Source: a virus
DNA: 64,000 nt
Virus record (IMG/VR): IMGVR_UViG_3300027863_000020
Coordinates: 1 to 64,000 of that record
Reading direction: 5' to 3' (one strand)
This document shows positions 55,685 through 64,000 of the stretch, piece by piece (the first letter of the stretch is position 1; every line of letters starts with the position of its first letter). The translations under genes and the position numbers were made by a program. The notes below the pieces were generated by a model that was given only the letters and a program-made list of their open reading frames with translations, was not told the origin of the DNA and ran no database searches.

Positions 55685-58600
55685 ATGAAGAAACTGTACC
55701 CAATCACCAAGTTCGTCATCGGTGCTATCCTTGAGGAAGGAGCCGATGGGGGCTATACCGACAAAACCCTGATTTTCCCGCCCCTATTGGATGGCTCCCC
55801 TTCGGATGCAATCATCGGGCAACTGGAAGCATCCGCTCAAAAAGACGGTGATCGGGTCAATGAGAACGCCTTGGCATTGACGATGCTTGGAACTGGTATC
55901 CTCAATATCGAGGATGTCATCAAGTACACGAAATGCTTTGAGGGGAAGATCAATTCGACCCGTGCATCCACTCTCAATCGTGTGAAGGTCAATCTTTTCA
56001 AGAATCCTTCCCTGTACAAGCCATATCCCGGTCAGGAAAAGTATGCCAAATGGGTGGGCTATTCCGACCGAAGTGCCGAAACCAACGGAAACACCTATCG
56101 TATCGAGCGTGATCCCGCCAATCCCGAAAAGGTGCGTTTCCACAAGGTCAATCGTGGTGTGGCGGTTGCCGTCAATGCCGACATCGACAAGGTTCTGAAT
56201 GGCGAAGCGTATGCCCAAGAGGGATTGAGCATTCCGTCCCCTGTCGCAACCCCCTCCGTCCCCCCTCCCGCCCAAGAAACCAAGATTGACGCTCCCGAAG
56301 TCAAGGAAACCCCCGTCACTCCCGAACCGACTTCTGCGCCTACCCCCGCTGAAACAGTGCCTAGCGGTGGTGTCGAAGCATCCGCTCAAGAGGCTCTTGC
56401 CAATGCTCAACAAGCGGAACGCATTGCAACGGGCAATCCCGCCATTCCTACGGCCTCTGTACCGTCTTCCGAAGCCGTCCCTTCCACCAACGAGCCTGTC
56501 GCTCCCGAAGCCACAGACATCTCCAAAGCGGGTGTCAATCAGGTCAAGGATGAGACACAGACCATCAACAACGATCCAGAACCACAGAACACGGGCGACC
56601 AGTCTGGTGTTGGTGATACCCAAGTGTCTTCCGATGAAGCCCAAGCCCCCGCAGTCGGTGGTGGTGCTACTGGAACTGGAATGGGTGCGGTGAAGGCTAT
56701 TGCCGAATCTGCGAAATTCCAAGAAGACATTTCCAAATTGATGTCCCGCTACAAGGCGGGTGAGCGTCTGAAGCAGAAGTACAACCAGAATGTGAGCGAC
56801 CTGTTCTCCGACAAGAAGATGGTGAAGATCAAGAACATCTCCCAGAATTTTGTCGATAAGCTCAAGGTTGTCATGGTGGACATGAAGGAAAAGGCAACCA
56901 AGGGCAAGAATGCCAAGATGGGTATGCTTCTCACTGGTGATCCCGGTGTTGGTAAGACCTCTTTCATCCGCTCCCTTGCCGATGCAGTCGGTCTTCCGCT
57001 CATCACAATCGAAGCTCCCCATATCACCAAAGAACACCTCATCAATATCCCATTCCTTGTGAAAGACCCCTTCATTCCAGAAGGTGTCCAGAAAATCGCA
57101 ACTGGAAAAGACCATGATCCGAACCTGAATGATGACAGGCACGATTGGCGCATTGAGAATGCGGAATCGAACATCGTGACCGAAATGATTAAGGCACGGG
57201 GCAAGAAGAAGAACAAGTTTACCGATGAATTCTGGATGAAGAAGATTCGTACTTCTCCGATCATTGACAAGGCGTTCGACCAAGACCCGAACCTCTTGCA
57301 GACCGCCCAAGTCATCCGTCAATTCTTCTCTTGCATCTTCTTTGTGGATGAATTCTTCCGCACGGACGATCCTAGCGTCCAGAACATCCTCCGTGCTATC
57401 ATCAATGGAAAGGTTGGAAACGACAACCTTCCAGACGATGTGTACTGCATCTATGCCGCCAACATGAAGAATGACGATGGTTCTTTCTCCAAGATTCCGT
57501 CCAATATGCAGTTTGGTGGTATGCTCAATTTCGACATGGCTACCGCTGAAGATTGGGGTAAGCAGTATTTCAATGTCCAGTACACGGAAAATGTCGCAAT
57601 GGCACGGGAACTGAAGGCCAAGGTCGAATCCAATACCGCAACCGATGAAGAGCGGGAAATGTGGAATTCTTCTGAAAAGACCCGCAACCTTGCCAACATG
57701 ACCGTATCCATCAATCAGGATTTGACCAATGCGATTACCGATGCTATCGGGGATCAGCTTGGCAAAGTCACCGATGGAAAGGGTCTTCGCCTGTCCCCCC
57801 GTAGGCTTGAGCAGATCGTGTTGTCGATCAATGCGATTGCCGATGGTATTGGAGATGGAAAGTATCCGTTCCTCAATGCCGAAAACATCAATGCGTTCCT
57901 CCGTGTCCAGTTCCGTGACTACCTCTCTGGTGCGGTCAATGAGGATGTCTTCAAGGCGGTCTCCAAGGCAGTTCTTGAGAAGTTGGGCATCCCACAGACC
58001 GATAAGGTCACGCATCCGTCCAATTGGGAAGATAGCATGAAGCTCCAATTGTTCCTCAAGGACAAACTTGGTTCCTTCCGTAGCTATCCCACGGTGGTTG
58101 CGGGTGAGCCCGGTATTGGAAAGACGCAGATTATGGAGTCTGCTCTTGGCTCAATGAACATCCAAATGATTACCATTGAAGCCCACACATTGACAAAGGC
58201 ATCCGTCATCGGTATGCCGATTGTCAAGACCATGAGCGAAGATGAAGTCAGGCTCCGTAAGGAAACGACCGACAAGTATCTCTCCAAGAGTTCCCAAATC
58301 TCCAAGGAAATGATGGATCAGGTCATTGTCGAATCTGGTATGGACTCCAAGGTTGTGACCGACTTTATGAGCAAGTTGGATGTCGGACGCTATACCGAAT
58401 TCGCTCCACCCGCACTCTATCGCTACATCATGTTCGAGTATTTCCGCTACCTCTCCGATTATGCACGGTATGATCGGGAAGAACAGCAGGGAGTCGCCAA
58501 GAACGACCGCAAAGGCCGTCCCCGTCCAGAAGGCAAGTACAAGGTTGCTCTGTTCCTTGACGAATTGAGCCGTGTCGAAGATACCTCCATCTTCAATGCA

Positions 58601-59884
58601 CTCCGTCTGGTTCTTCTGGAAGGCAAGTTTGGCGATGGCAACAAGCTCCCAGACGATATGCTCATCATTGGCGCACTCAATCCGACCGACCGTGGAGAGA
58701 ATGTGCGTGAATTGACCGACCATATGAAGGATGTGCTCGACATCGTTCCCGCTGAAGCTAATTGGCCTGAATGGTACAAGTGGCTCCAATCCCATGCCCA
58801 AGACCTGTATTCCGAACAGGTTGGTCATTACAACAAGATCGTTGAAAAGGGAACGGTGGAACTTGAAGAAGGCGATTCCGTCCCCGCAATCATCGTTGCC
58901 TCCGATATGTACCCTCTCGGAATCAGTCCGTTCAATTTCGCAGAAGCGGTTGCCGAAGTCCTCAATTATGTGGCATCCACCCACATGAATGTTGGCAAGT
59001 TCGGAGATCAACCAGAAACCCTCAAACGGTTCCCAATGATCGGAACCCCCGCAGTCAATTTCTATTGGCAGGGTATGTCCCCAACCGACAAGGCACTGTA
59101 TCACAACCCACGAAACCTTGCATTGACATTCGATGCGATGGTATCGAGGGCTTTCAGCGATGCGAAGGTGTCAATCGGTGGTGAAGAACTGGATGGAAAC
59201 TTCCTTCTCTTCAAGTTGTTCGAGGTTGAACCCGAAGATCGTCCACCCGCAATGATTGAATCCTTCTTCGGTGTGGTGCGCCAAGGCTTCCTCAATGCCT
59301 ACGAAGCCCAAATGCACGGTCAATTGACCAATATGCAAGAGGTCTCGGAGAATTCCTACAAGGCTTGTTTGGCGAACTTCACGCAGGGCTTGATGGATGA
59401 TGGCACTACGACCATTCTGGAACAGGTGCTTGTTGGAAAGGAATCGAAGCTCGAAGTCGAGAATTTCGATGCCTTCATCAAGAAGAATGGCCTGTCGGTC
59501 AATTCAATCAAGAACTATGCGTATGCCGAAAAGATCAGCAACGATGGCGAAGTCATTGTTGCCGAATTCAATGCGGTGTACGAAGAAGCAATCAAGAACC
59601 CCCCTAGCGGTGGGTACACGATGCTTATGCGCTTGATGTGGATGGTTGCTACCCAGATCGAAGAAAAGCTCCAAACATTCGAGGGAACCGAAAACAAGAA
59701 GGTCACTCTGGATGTGGTGTCTGGAATTCGCACTGGTCTGAAGAAGAGCCTCATCAATTGGTACGGGGCGATCTTTGAACCGCTCTTCACCGATGAGCCT
59801 TCCGTCAAGACCATCATGGAAGACGAAAAGTTCGAGGCGACCTTCACCGATCCGAACATTGAATACTTGAAGGATTATGTCTAA
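55685..59884 (+). CDS. giant tandem AAA+ ATPase (two MoxR/dynein-like modules)
   Basis: GDPGVGKT...FVDEFFR...AAN...SPRR and GEPGIGKT...FLDELSR...ALNP; Pro/Ala/Thr-rich linker; late promoter at 55633. Confidence 0.85.
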   Translation: MKKLYPITKFVIGAILEEGADGGYTDKTLIFPPLLDGSPSDAIIGQLEASAQKDGDRVNENALALTMLGTGILNIEDVIKYTKCFEGKINSTRASTLNRVKVNLFKNPSLYKPYPGQEKYAKWVGYSDRSAETNGNTYRIERDPANPEKVRFHKVNRGVAVAVNADIDKVLNGEAYAQEGLSIPSPVATPSVPPPAQETKIDAPEVKETPVTPEPTSAPTPAETVPSGGVEASAQEALANAQQAERIATGNPAIPTASVPSSEAVPSTNEPVAPEATDISKAGVNQVKDETQTINNDPEPQNTGDQSGVGDTQVSSDEAQAPAVGGGATGTGMGAVKAIAESAKFQEDISKLMSRYKAGERLKQKYNQNVSDLFSDKKMVKIKNISQNFVDKLKVVMVDMKEKATKGKNAKMGMLLTGDPGVGKTSFIRSLADAVGLPLITIEAPHITKEHLINIPFLVKDPFIPEGVQKIATGKDHDPNLNDDRHDWRIENAESNIVTEMIKARGKKKNKFTDEFWMKKIRTSPIIDKAFDQDPNLLQTAQVIRQFFSCIFFVDEFFRTDDPSVQNILRAIINGKVGNDNLPDDVYCIYAANMKNDDGSFSKIPSNMQFGGMLNFDMATAEDWGKQYFNVQYTENVAMARELKAKVESNTATDEEREMWNSSEKTRNLANMTVSINQDLTNAITDAIGDQLGKVTDGKGLRLSPRRLEQIVLSINAIADGIGDGKYPFLNAENINAFLRVQFRDYLSGAVNEDVFKAVSKAVLEKLGIPQTDKVTHPSNWEDSMKLQLFLKDKLGSFRSYPTVVAGEPGIGKTQIMESALGSMNIQMITIEAHTLTKASVIGMPIVKTMSEDEVRLRKETTDKYLSKSSQISKEMMDQVIVESGMDSKVVTDFMSKLDVGRYTEFAPPALYRYIMFEYFRYLSDYARYDREEQQGVAKNDRKGRPRPEGKYKVALFLDELSRVEDTSIFNALRLVLLEGKFGDGNKLPDDMLIIGALNPTDRGENVRELTDHMKDVLDIVPAEANWPEWYKWLQSHAQDLYSEQVGHYNKIVEKGTVELEEGDSVPAIIVASDMYPLGISPFNFAEAVAEVLNYVASTHMNVGKFGDQPETLKRFPMIGTPAVNFYWQGMSPTDKALYHNPRNLALTFDAMVSRAFSDAKVSIGGEELDGNFLLFKLFEVEPEDRPPAMIESFFGVVRQGFLNAYEAQMHGQLTNMQEVSENSYKACLANFTQGLMDDGTTTILEQVLVGKESKLEVENFDAFIKKNGLSVNSIKNYAYAEKISNDGEVIVAEFNAVYEEAIKNPPSGGYTMLMRLMWMVATQIEEKLQTFEGTENKKVTLDVVSGIRTGLKKSLINWYGAIFEPLFTDEPSVKTIMEDEKFEATFTDPNIEYLKDYV

Positions 59885-59891
59885 TCCGCTT

Positions 59892-59921
59892 GGAAGGGGT
59901 ATGAGTGTACCCCTTCCTTTT
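59892..59921 (+). terminator. intrinsic terminator
   Basis: GGAAGGGGTA/TACCCCTTCC stem followed by TTTT. Confidence 0.75.
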
Positions 59922-59955
59922 ACCTTTTGCATAAATAGAATAAAGGAGTCCAACT

Positions 59956-60519
59956 ATGGCACAAAATCGTGACCTCCATATCAACAACCTTCAGCGGTTT
60001 GGTGATATTCAGCGTACCTACCTTTGGCAAGTACAGATCAATGGTCTGTCTGGTGCTGAAGACATGAAGTTCCTTGTCCGTGAAGCTACTTGGGCGGGAC
60101 GAACCAACACACAGATCGAATCCTACTTCCTTGGGATGAAGCAGTTTTTCCCGGGCAAGGAAGAGTTCTCTGGTGACTTGACCTTGCAGTTTGAAGAGCA
60201 TGAGAGCCTGTTCGTTTCCAAGACCCTGTACAAGTGGAAACAACAGATTTTCGATGTGACCCGTGGTGCGTCCAATGCCGTGAACACTGGTGCGGAAAAG
60301 GCCGAACTTGCCAAAGACATCACATTGACCCTTCTTGCCTACAACAACGAACCGCTACCTTACCGTATGCGTTTCAAGAATGCGTGGCTGAAGAATGTCG
60401 ATGATGTGTCCTTGTCGATGTCGGGTGGCGAGGCCATGATGGTCGGCTCCACCTTCCAGTACGACTATTGGGTACTTGTCGATGAACAGGGCAACGAGAT
60501 TGCCTACGAATCCCTCTAA
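59956..60519 (+). CDS. gp19: tail tube protein
   Basis: QRTYLW.V, F.G...FPG, L.F.E, FKNAW, F.YDYW; late promoter at 59930. Confidence 0.85.
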   Translation: MAQNRDLHINNLQRFGDIQRTYLWQVQINGLSGAEDMKFLVREATWAGRTNTQIESYFLGMKQFFPGKEEFSGDLTLQFEEHESLFVSKTLYKWKQQIFDVTRGASNAVNTGAEKAELAKDITLTLLAYNNEPLPYRMRFKNAWLKNVDDVSLSMSGGEAMMVGSTFQYDYWVLVDEQGNEIAYESL

Positions 60520-60535
60520 CCTCAAGGTGCGCTGA

Positions 60536-61093
60536 ATGGCGAGTTTGACGGAAACAAAGGATGGCGGGATGAAACCCGCCTCTTCTGGATTAGCGGATGA
60601 GCTAAAGCGATTCCGTGCGTCCACTATTCAGCGTGACTACACATTCATCGCTTCCTTCTTGGACATTGACTTGTCGGATATTGTACAGCCACAGCAGATC
60701 GTGGCGGTCGGTATCCCCCAATGGCAGTTCACGAAGGATGCAGTGTACAAGAATATGTACCCTGTCGCCTATCCAAAGTATGACTCCGATGGATGGGAAG
60801 CTAGGGTGTCAATCAGGGAAGATGCGTTTGGGTCGGCACGAACATTGACGGATGCCTTGGTTTCCCGAATCAGGCGACCCGATGGCCTGTTCAACCCCCC
60901 GAATCAGGCAAAAATCCTTGGATTGCAGATCAAATTGCTCGATTTGAGCGGAAACATCACCGATGTTTACCAATTGAGAAATATGATGTATCTTTCTTCT
61001 GAAGAAATCGCCCTCAATCACAATGGGTCGGACATAATCCTTCGGGATTTGCAGTTCCATGTAGAGGATGTTCTTCGGGTAGGGAATGTATAA
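60536..61093 (+). CDS. tail tube-like protein (gp54/gp19 paralog)
   Basis: IQRDYTF and C-terminal pattern parallel gp19; adjacent to it. Confidence 0.55.
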   Translation: MASLTETKDGGMKPASSGLADELKRFRASTIQRDYTFIASFLDIDLSDIVQPQQIVAVGIPQWQFTKDAVYKNMYPVAYPKYDSDGWEARVSIREDAFGSARTLTDALVSRIRRPDGLFNPPNQAKILGLQIKLLDLSGNITDVYQLRNMMYLSSEEIALNHNGSDIILRDLQFHVEDVLRVGNV

Positions 61094-61094
61094 T

Positions 61095-61152
61095 AGCGGA
61101 ACGGTCAGAGGTTGGGTTGGGTGATCCGTTAGGTGGATTTGACCGTTCCGCT
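61095..61152 (+). terminator. long hairpin, possible terminator
   Basis: 13-bp stem AGCGGAACGGTCA/TGACCGTTCCGCT with a G-rich loop. Confidence 0.5.
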
Positions 61153-61175
61153 TTCCTTGCATACTAAATACTGGT

Positions 61176-62201
61176 ATGCCAACCGTTGATAAACTTACAC
61201 AATCCGACATTGACACCATCAATAAGCTGAAGGCTGGTAAGATCAGTGGCTTATTGCCCCGTTTAACCCCCTCCGTGCTCATTGCAGGGCAGAATGTGGT
61301 TGCGGTCGATACAAGCCTCAAGCCAGACCTATTCATTGCCAAAGAGACCAAGAAACGGAAGATCGTGCTCCATGCCACGGTCGGGCTTCTTGCGTCCGAC
61401 TTACCGACATTGACAAGCCAGAAGCAAATGACTACTCATTACATCGTAGCCCGTGATGGGACGATCATTGAGGTCTATCCTCCGAAGTATTGGGCATTTC
61501 ATCTTGGTAAAGGTGCGATTGGTGGAAATGGTGCGATGTCCCAAGAGTCAATCGCAATCGAAATCTCCAATTACGGGCCGCTCGAACTCAAGAACAAGGG
61601 AGACAAGGCCAACCCCGCAGACGATAAGTTCTACACGGTCTATGGAAGCCTGTATGGTTCGGGAAACGAGAAGGTGGACACGAAGGGATTTGTCGGTGGA
61701 AGCAATCCTAGCGTCACCAAGCTACTCCATGCGTACAGAGGGTACAAATACTATGCCTCAATCACCGAAGCCCAATACAGTGCTCTAAACGCCCTTGTGA
61801 CCGCATTGTGCAACAAGTTCGCTATTCCATTGACGGCAATCGAATACGAAAACCGATTCAAGGTATTCGAGAACGACCAGAAAGCAAAGGATTTCCAAGG
61901 TATCTGCTCCCATGTCAATTTCAGACCTAGTGGTAAATGGGACTTGAGTGCTTGGTGCGATTGGGACAAGATTACCACTCAATCCGATTCAATCGAATGG
62001 GAAGAAGCCTCATCCACCGAAGAACCAGAAGGCAACCCAGAGGGTATCCGTGTTCTCAAGGAAGAGAAGTTCGATGGAGCGGATGACAATTGGGAGTACA
62101 CCGATACCATCGACCCGATTTCTGGTGCGGTGATTGAAACAGCAGAGAACAAGAAGATGCGGATATTGAGGGAAAATAACCCCTTGATTTGTGCGTTCTA
62201 A
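61176..62201 (+). CDS. N-acetylmuramoyl-L-alanine amidase (Amidase_2), putative endolysin
   Basis: IVLHAT, HYIVARDG, AFH.G, SIAIE, TEAQY.AL, SH....KWD. Confidence 0.85.
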   Translation: MPTVDKLTQSDIDTINKLKAGKISGLLPRLTPSVLIAGQNVVAVDTSLKPDLFIAKETKKRKIVLHATVGLLASDLPTLTSQKQMTTHYIVARDGTIIEVYPPKYWAFHLGKGAIGGNGAMSQESIAIEISNYGPLELKNKGDKANPADDKFYTVYGSLYGSGNEKVDTKGFVGGSNPSVTKLLHAYRGYKYYASITEAQYSALNALVTALCNKFAIPLTAIEYENRFKVFENDQKAKDFQGICSHVNFRPSGKWDLSAWCDWDKITTQSDSIEWEEASSTEEPEGNPEGIRVLKEEKFDGADDNWEYTDTIDPISGAVIETAENKKMRILRENNPLICAF

Positions 62202-62220
62202 ATACGATTGAGGATCAATT

Positions 62221-63849
62221 ATGGCGAAAGTGTCTGTACGGTTCAAGAAGGTAAAGTCTGGTGAGTTCGTGGAGTTTGAAATCGCTCCGATTCTCGACCA
62301 GTTCCTTGAAATGCGATTCGATGATCTTCAAGCGTGGTTTTTTGGATTCAGCGAACGGGAACTGAAGAACTGGTTGGATGACCTATCCGAACTGAAACGG
62401 AATGACTATGCCCCGAAGGAACTCAAGTATTATTCCAAGGGCGGGACAGCACAAAAAACTGGTGGGCATATCGACCAGTGGTATATCAAGACATTGACGA
62501 TGTTCCTTGCTTCGACCGATTCGATGCGTGGCAGTGGTGCGGGGCGTGTGTATGCTCCCGTGAAAGGATTTCCATTCTTCACCGATGTCCAGAACAATCA
62601 ATCAATGACGAAGACAAGCGAACTCATGGTATTCACGCATGAGTACGAACACGATTGGAGCGACAAGATCAATCAATATGTGACGGTGGAAGACGCTACT
62701 ATCAGCTATGGTGGTAGTTCGTCCACTCATTTCGTGTTCAAGAATTGTACCATGATCGTGGTCGATTCGACCGACTATGACAAGGGCGCAAAGCTCGAAA
62801 GCAATGCCAAGTTCATCAATTGCAAATTCATCAAAGACGCATCTTTCAGATCGTCAATTGGATTACACACCAACAACGAGCGGGATACTAGCCCATCACA
62901 TTTCGGAGAAGTTGATGGATGTTCCTTCACTGGTTTTACATTCGAGCTTCCCGAAGGGCATGGCGGGGGAGCCAAACTAGTCCAGAATTGCGAGTTTACC
63001 AAGTGCGTTTTCGAGAAAGAAAAGTACGACAAGACATCGGATTTGATGTTCCGTCATTGCAAGCTCAATGGGGTCACGGTAAAAGGAATCCACACGCTTC
63101 TCGACAATTGTACTGGAACGGTCGAGCAGTCAGCGGATTGGAAAGATGCGAAGGGTCTTCGTGACTACGACTACATGATAACACCGACATTGTATGTCCG
63201 TGGTGACACCGCTCCGTCAATAACACTCAATCAGCATAGCTTTGGAGCACGGCTTGTCAATTTGACTAAATCGCCTCTGAAGGTGAAGGTCGAACCAAGG
63301 CAGACGAAGTATTCCGAACGGGGTGGATGGAAACAAGGAACATATCAAGAGATTCCCTACACGCTTGTTGGAGTCGGAAATATCGAATTGGAAGGAAGTC
63401 TGTATGGTGCAGTCGTTCCGCAAATGGCACAAGTCAATATGGGGTTCGCTCCCCGTGATGCGTCTAGCAATATCGACACGATAGTCAGGGACTACAAGGA
63501 GCTTGAAAACGCCCATGTCAATTTCATCAAGAAAGATGGGATGTTCCAACTATGGAATCCAGTGGTCGATGGAAACAAATTCGGATATGGTGGAATGTTC
63601 TTGAATGGCGATGATGTTCTTCCAATGATCGTATCGACTTTCAATTCCGTATGCTTCGGATCGTTCTTCAAGTTCTTCAACAAGAAACTTGGTGGACGGG
63701 CAATGGCTATCGCTATGTACGACAAGGCACTAGCCGTATTCATCGAAGTCATCAAGAAGAATGGTCTGTATTCCATCAATGATGCCAAGCAAATCCAAGC
63801 CCGTGCCGACCGCATTGCGAATTTCCTACGATTGGGTGGTGTAAAATGA
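62221..63849 (+). CDS. hypothetical protein with beta-helix-like xxNCxF repeats
   Basis: FKNCTM, FINCKF, VDGCSF, VQNCEFTKCVF, FRHCKL, LDNCTG. Confidence 0.55.
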   Translation: MAKVSVRFKKVKSGEFVEFEIAPILDQFLEMRFDDLQAWFFGFSERELKNWLDDLSELKRNDYAPKELKYYSKGGTAQKTGGHIDQWYIKTLTMFLASTDSMRGSGAGRVYAPVKGFPFFTDVQNNQSMTKTSELMVFTHEYEHDWSDKINQYVTVEDATISYGGSSSTHFVFKNCTMIVVDSTDYDKGAKLESNAKFINCKFIKDASFRSSIGLHTNNERDTSPSHFGEVDGCSFTGFTFELPEGHGGGAKLVQNCEFTKCVFEKEKYDKTSDLMFRHCKLNGVTVKGIHTLLDNCTGTVEQSADWKDAKGLRDYDYMITPTLYVRGDTAPSITLNQHSFGARLVNLTKSPLKVKVEPRQTKYSERGGWKQGTYQEIPYTLVGVGNIELEGSLYGAVVPQMAQVNMGFAPRDASSNIDTIVRDYKELENAHVNFIKKDGMFQLWNPVVDGNKFGYGGMFLNGDDVLPMIVSTFNSVCFGSFFKFFNKKLGGRAMAIAMYDKALAVFIEVIKKNGLYSINDAKQIQARADRIANFLRLGGVK

Positions 63850-64000
63850 GTGTGTTGATGCGATTCATTCCCGACCCATCCATCACTAAACAGGATGGAT
63901 CAAAACTGGATGTGATTGAAGTTCCTTTCGATTACAAGAACAAGTCTTTGGTGATGGGCAAGTATTCCAAGTACAAGCCAGAAGCTCTCGACCATGATTT
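63846..64000 (+). CDS. hypothetical protein, runs off window end
   Basis: MSVLMRFIPDPSITKQ... open to end; ATGA overlap with upstream stop. Confidence 0.55.
   Translation, partial: MSVLMRFIPDPSITKQDGSKLDVIEVPFDYKNKSLVMGKYSKYKPEALDHD

Noticed and set aside
55784-58048. Long antisense ORFs (also 50129-51457, 39674-40906, 53316-54299, 13510-14379)
   Set aside because: They mirror strongly codon-biased sense genes and carry no motifs.
1-64000. Alternative genetic code, CRISPR array, reverse transcriptase or integrase
   Set aside because: Core genes are full length in the standard code with all three stops used; no spacer-repeat array, RT or integrase motifs found.

Overview
This window is a 64-kb piece of a divergent T4-like myophage genome. 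Positions 1 to about 19.8 kb are all on the minus strand and hold the replication/recombination block: gp4, RNase H, a RuvC-like resolvase, primase gp61, a tRNA-like element, gp32, candidate gp59 and gp33, helicase gp41, UvsX, DNA polymerase gp43, gp47-gp55-gp46, a RecD-like helicase and a zeta-toxin-like kinase. Transcription switches strand at about 19.8-20.2 kb, in a non-coding region with a hairpin and an AT-rich tract. The plus strand then carries UvsY, an ~800-nt highly structured non-coding RNA, UvsW, a probable DNA-modification cassette (QueC-like enzyme plus two tandem small-protein/TAGT-GREB1 glycosyltransferase pairs) and dUTPase. The morphogenesis genes follow: two gp14 paralogs, fibre proteins, gp2, gp20, gp67-like, gp21, gp22, gp23, gp13, gp15, gp16, gp17, gp18, gp19 and a gp54-like protein, plus an HEXXH-VWA protein, a giant double-AAA+ ATPase and an amidase. 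The most striking feature is the terminase large-subunit intein. It contains a complete HNH-NUMOD3 homing endonuclease gene in a different reading frame on the same strand, while the intein frame stays open across all 268 overlapping codons. Two promoter classes can be read directly: TTGAC(A/G)-N17-CATATT and late CATAAATA. All product calls rest on recognising motifs and gene order by eye; no database searches were run.
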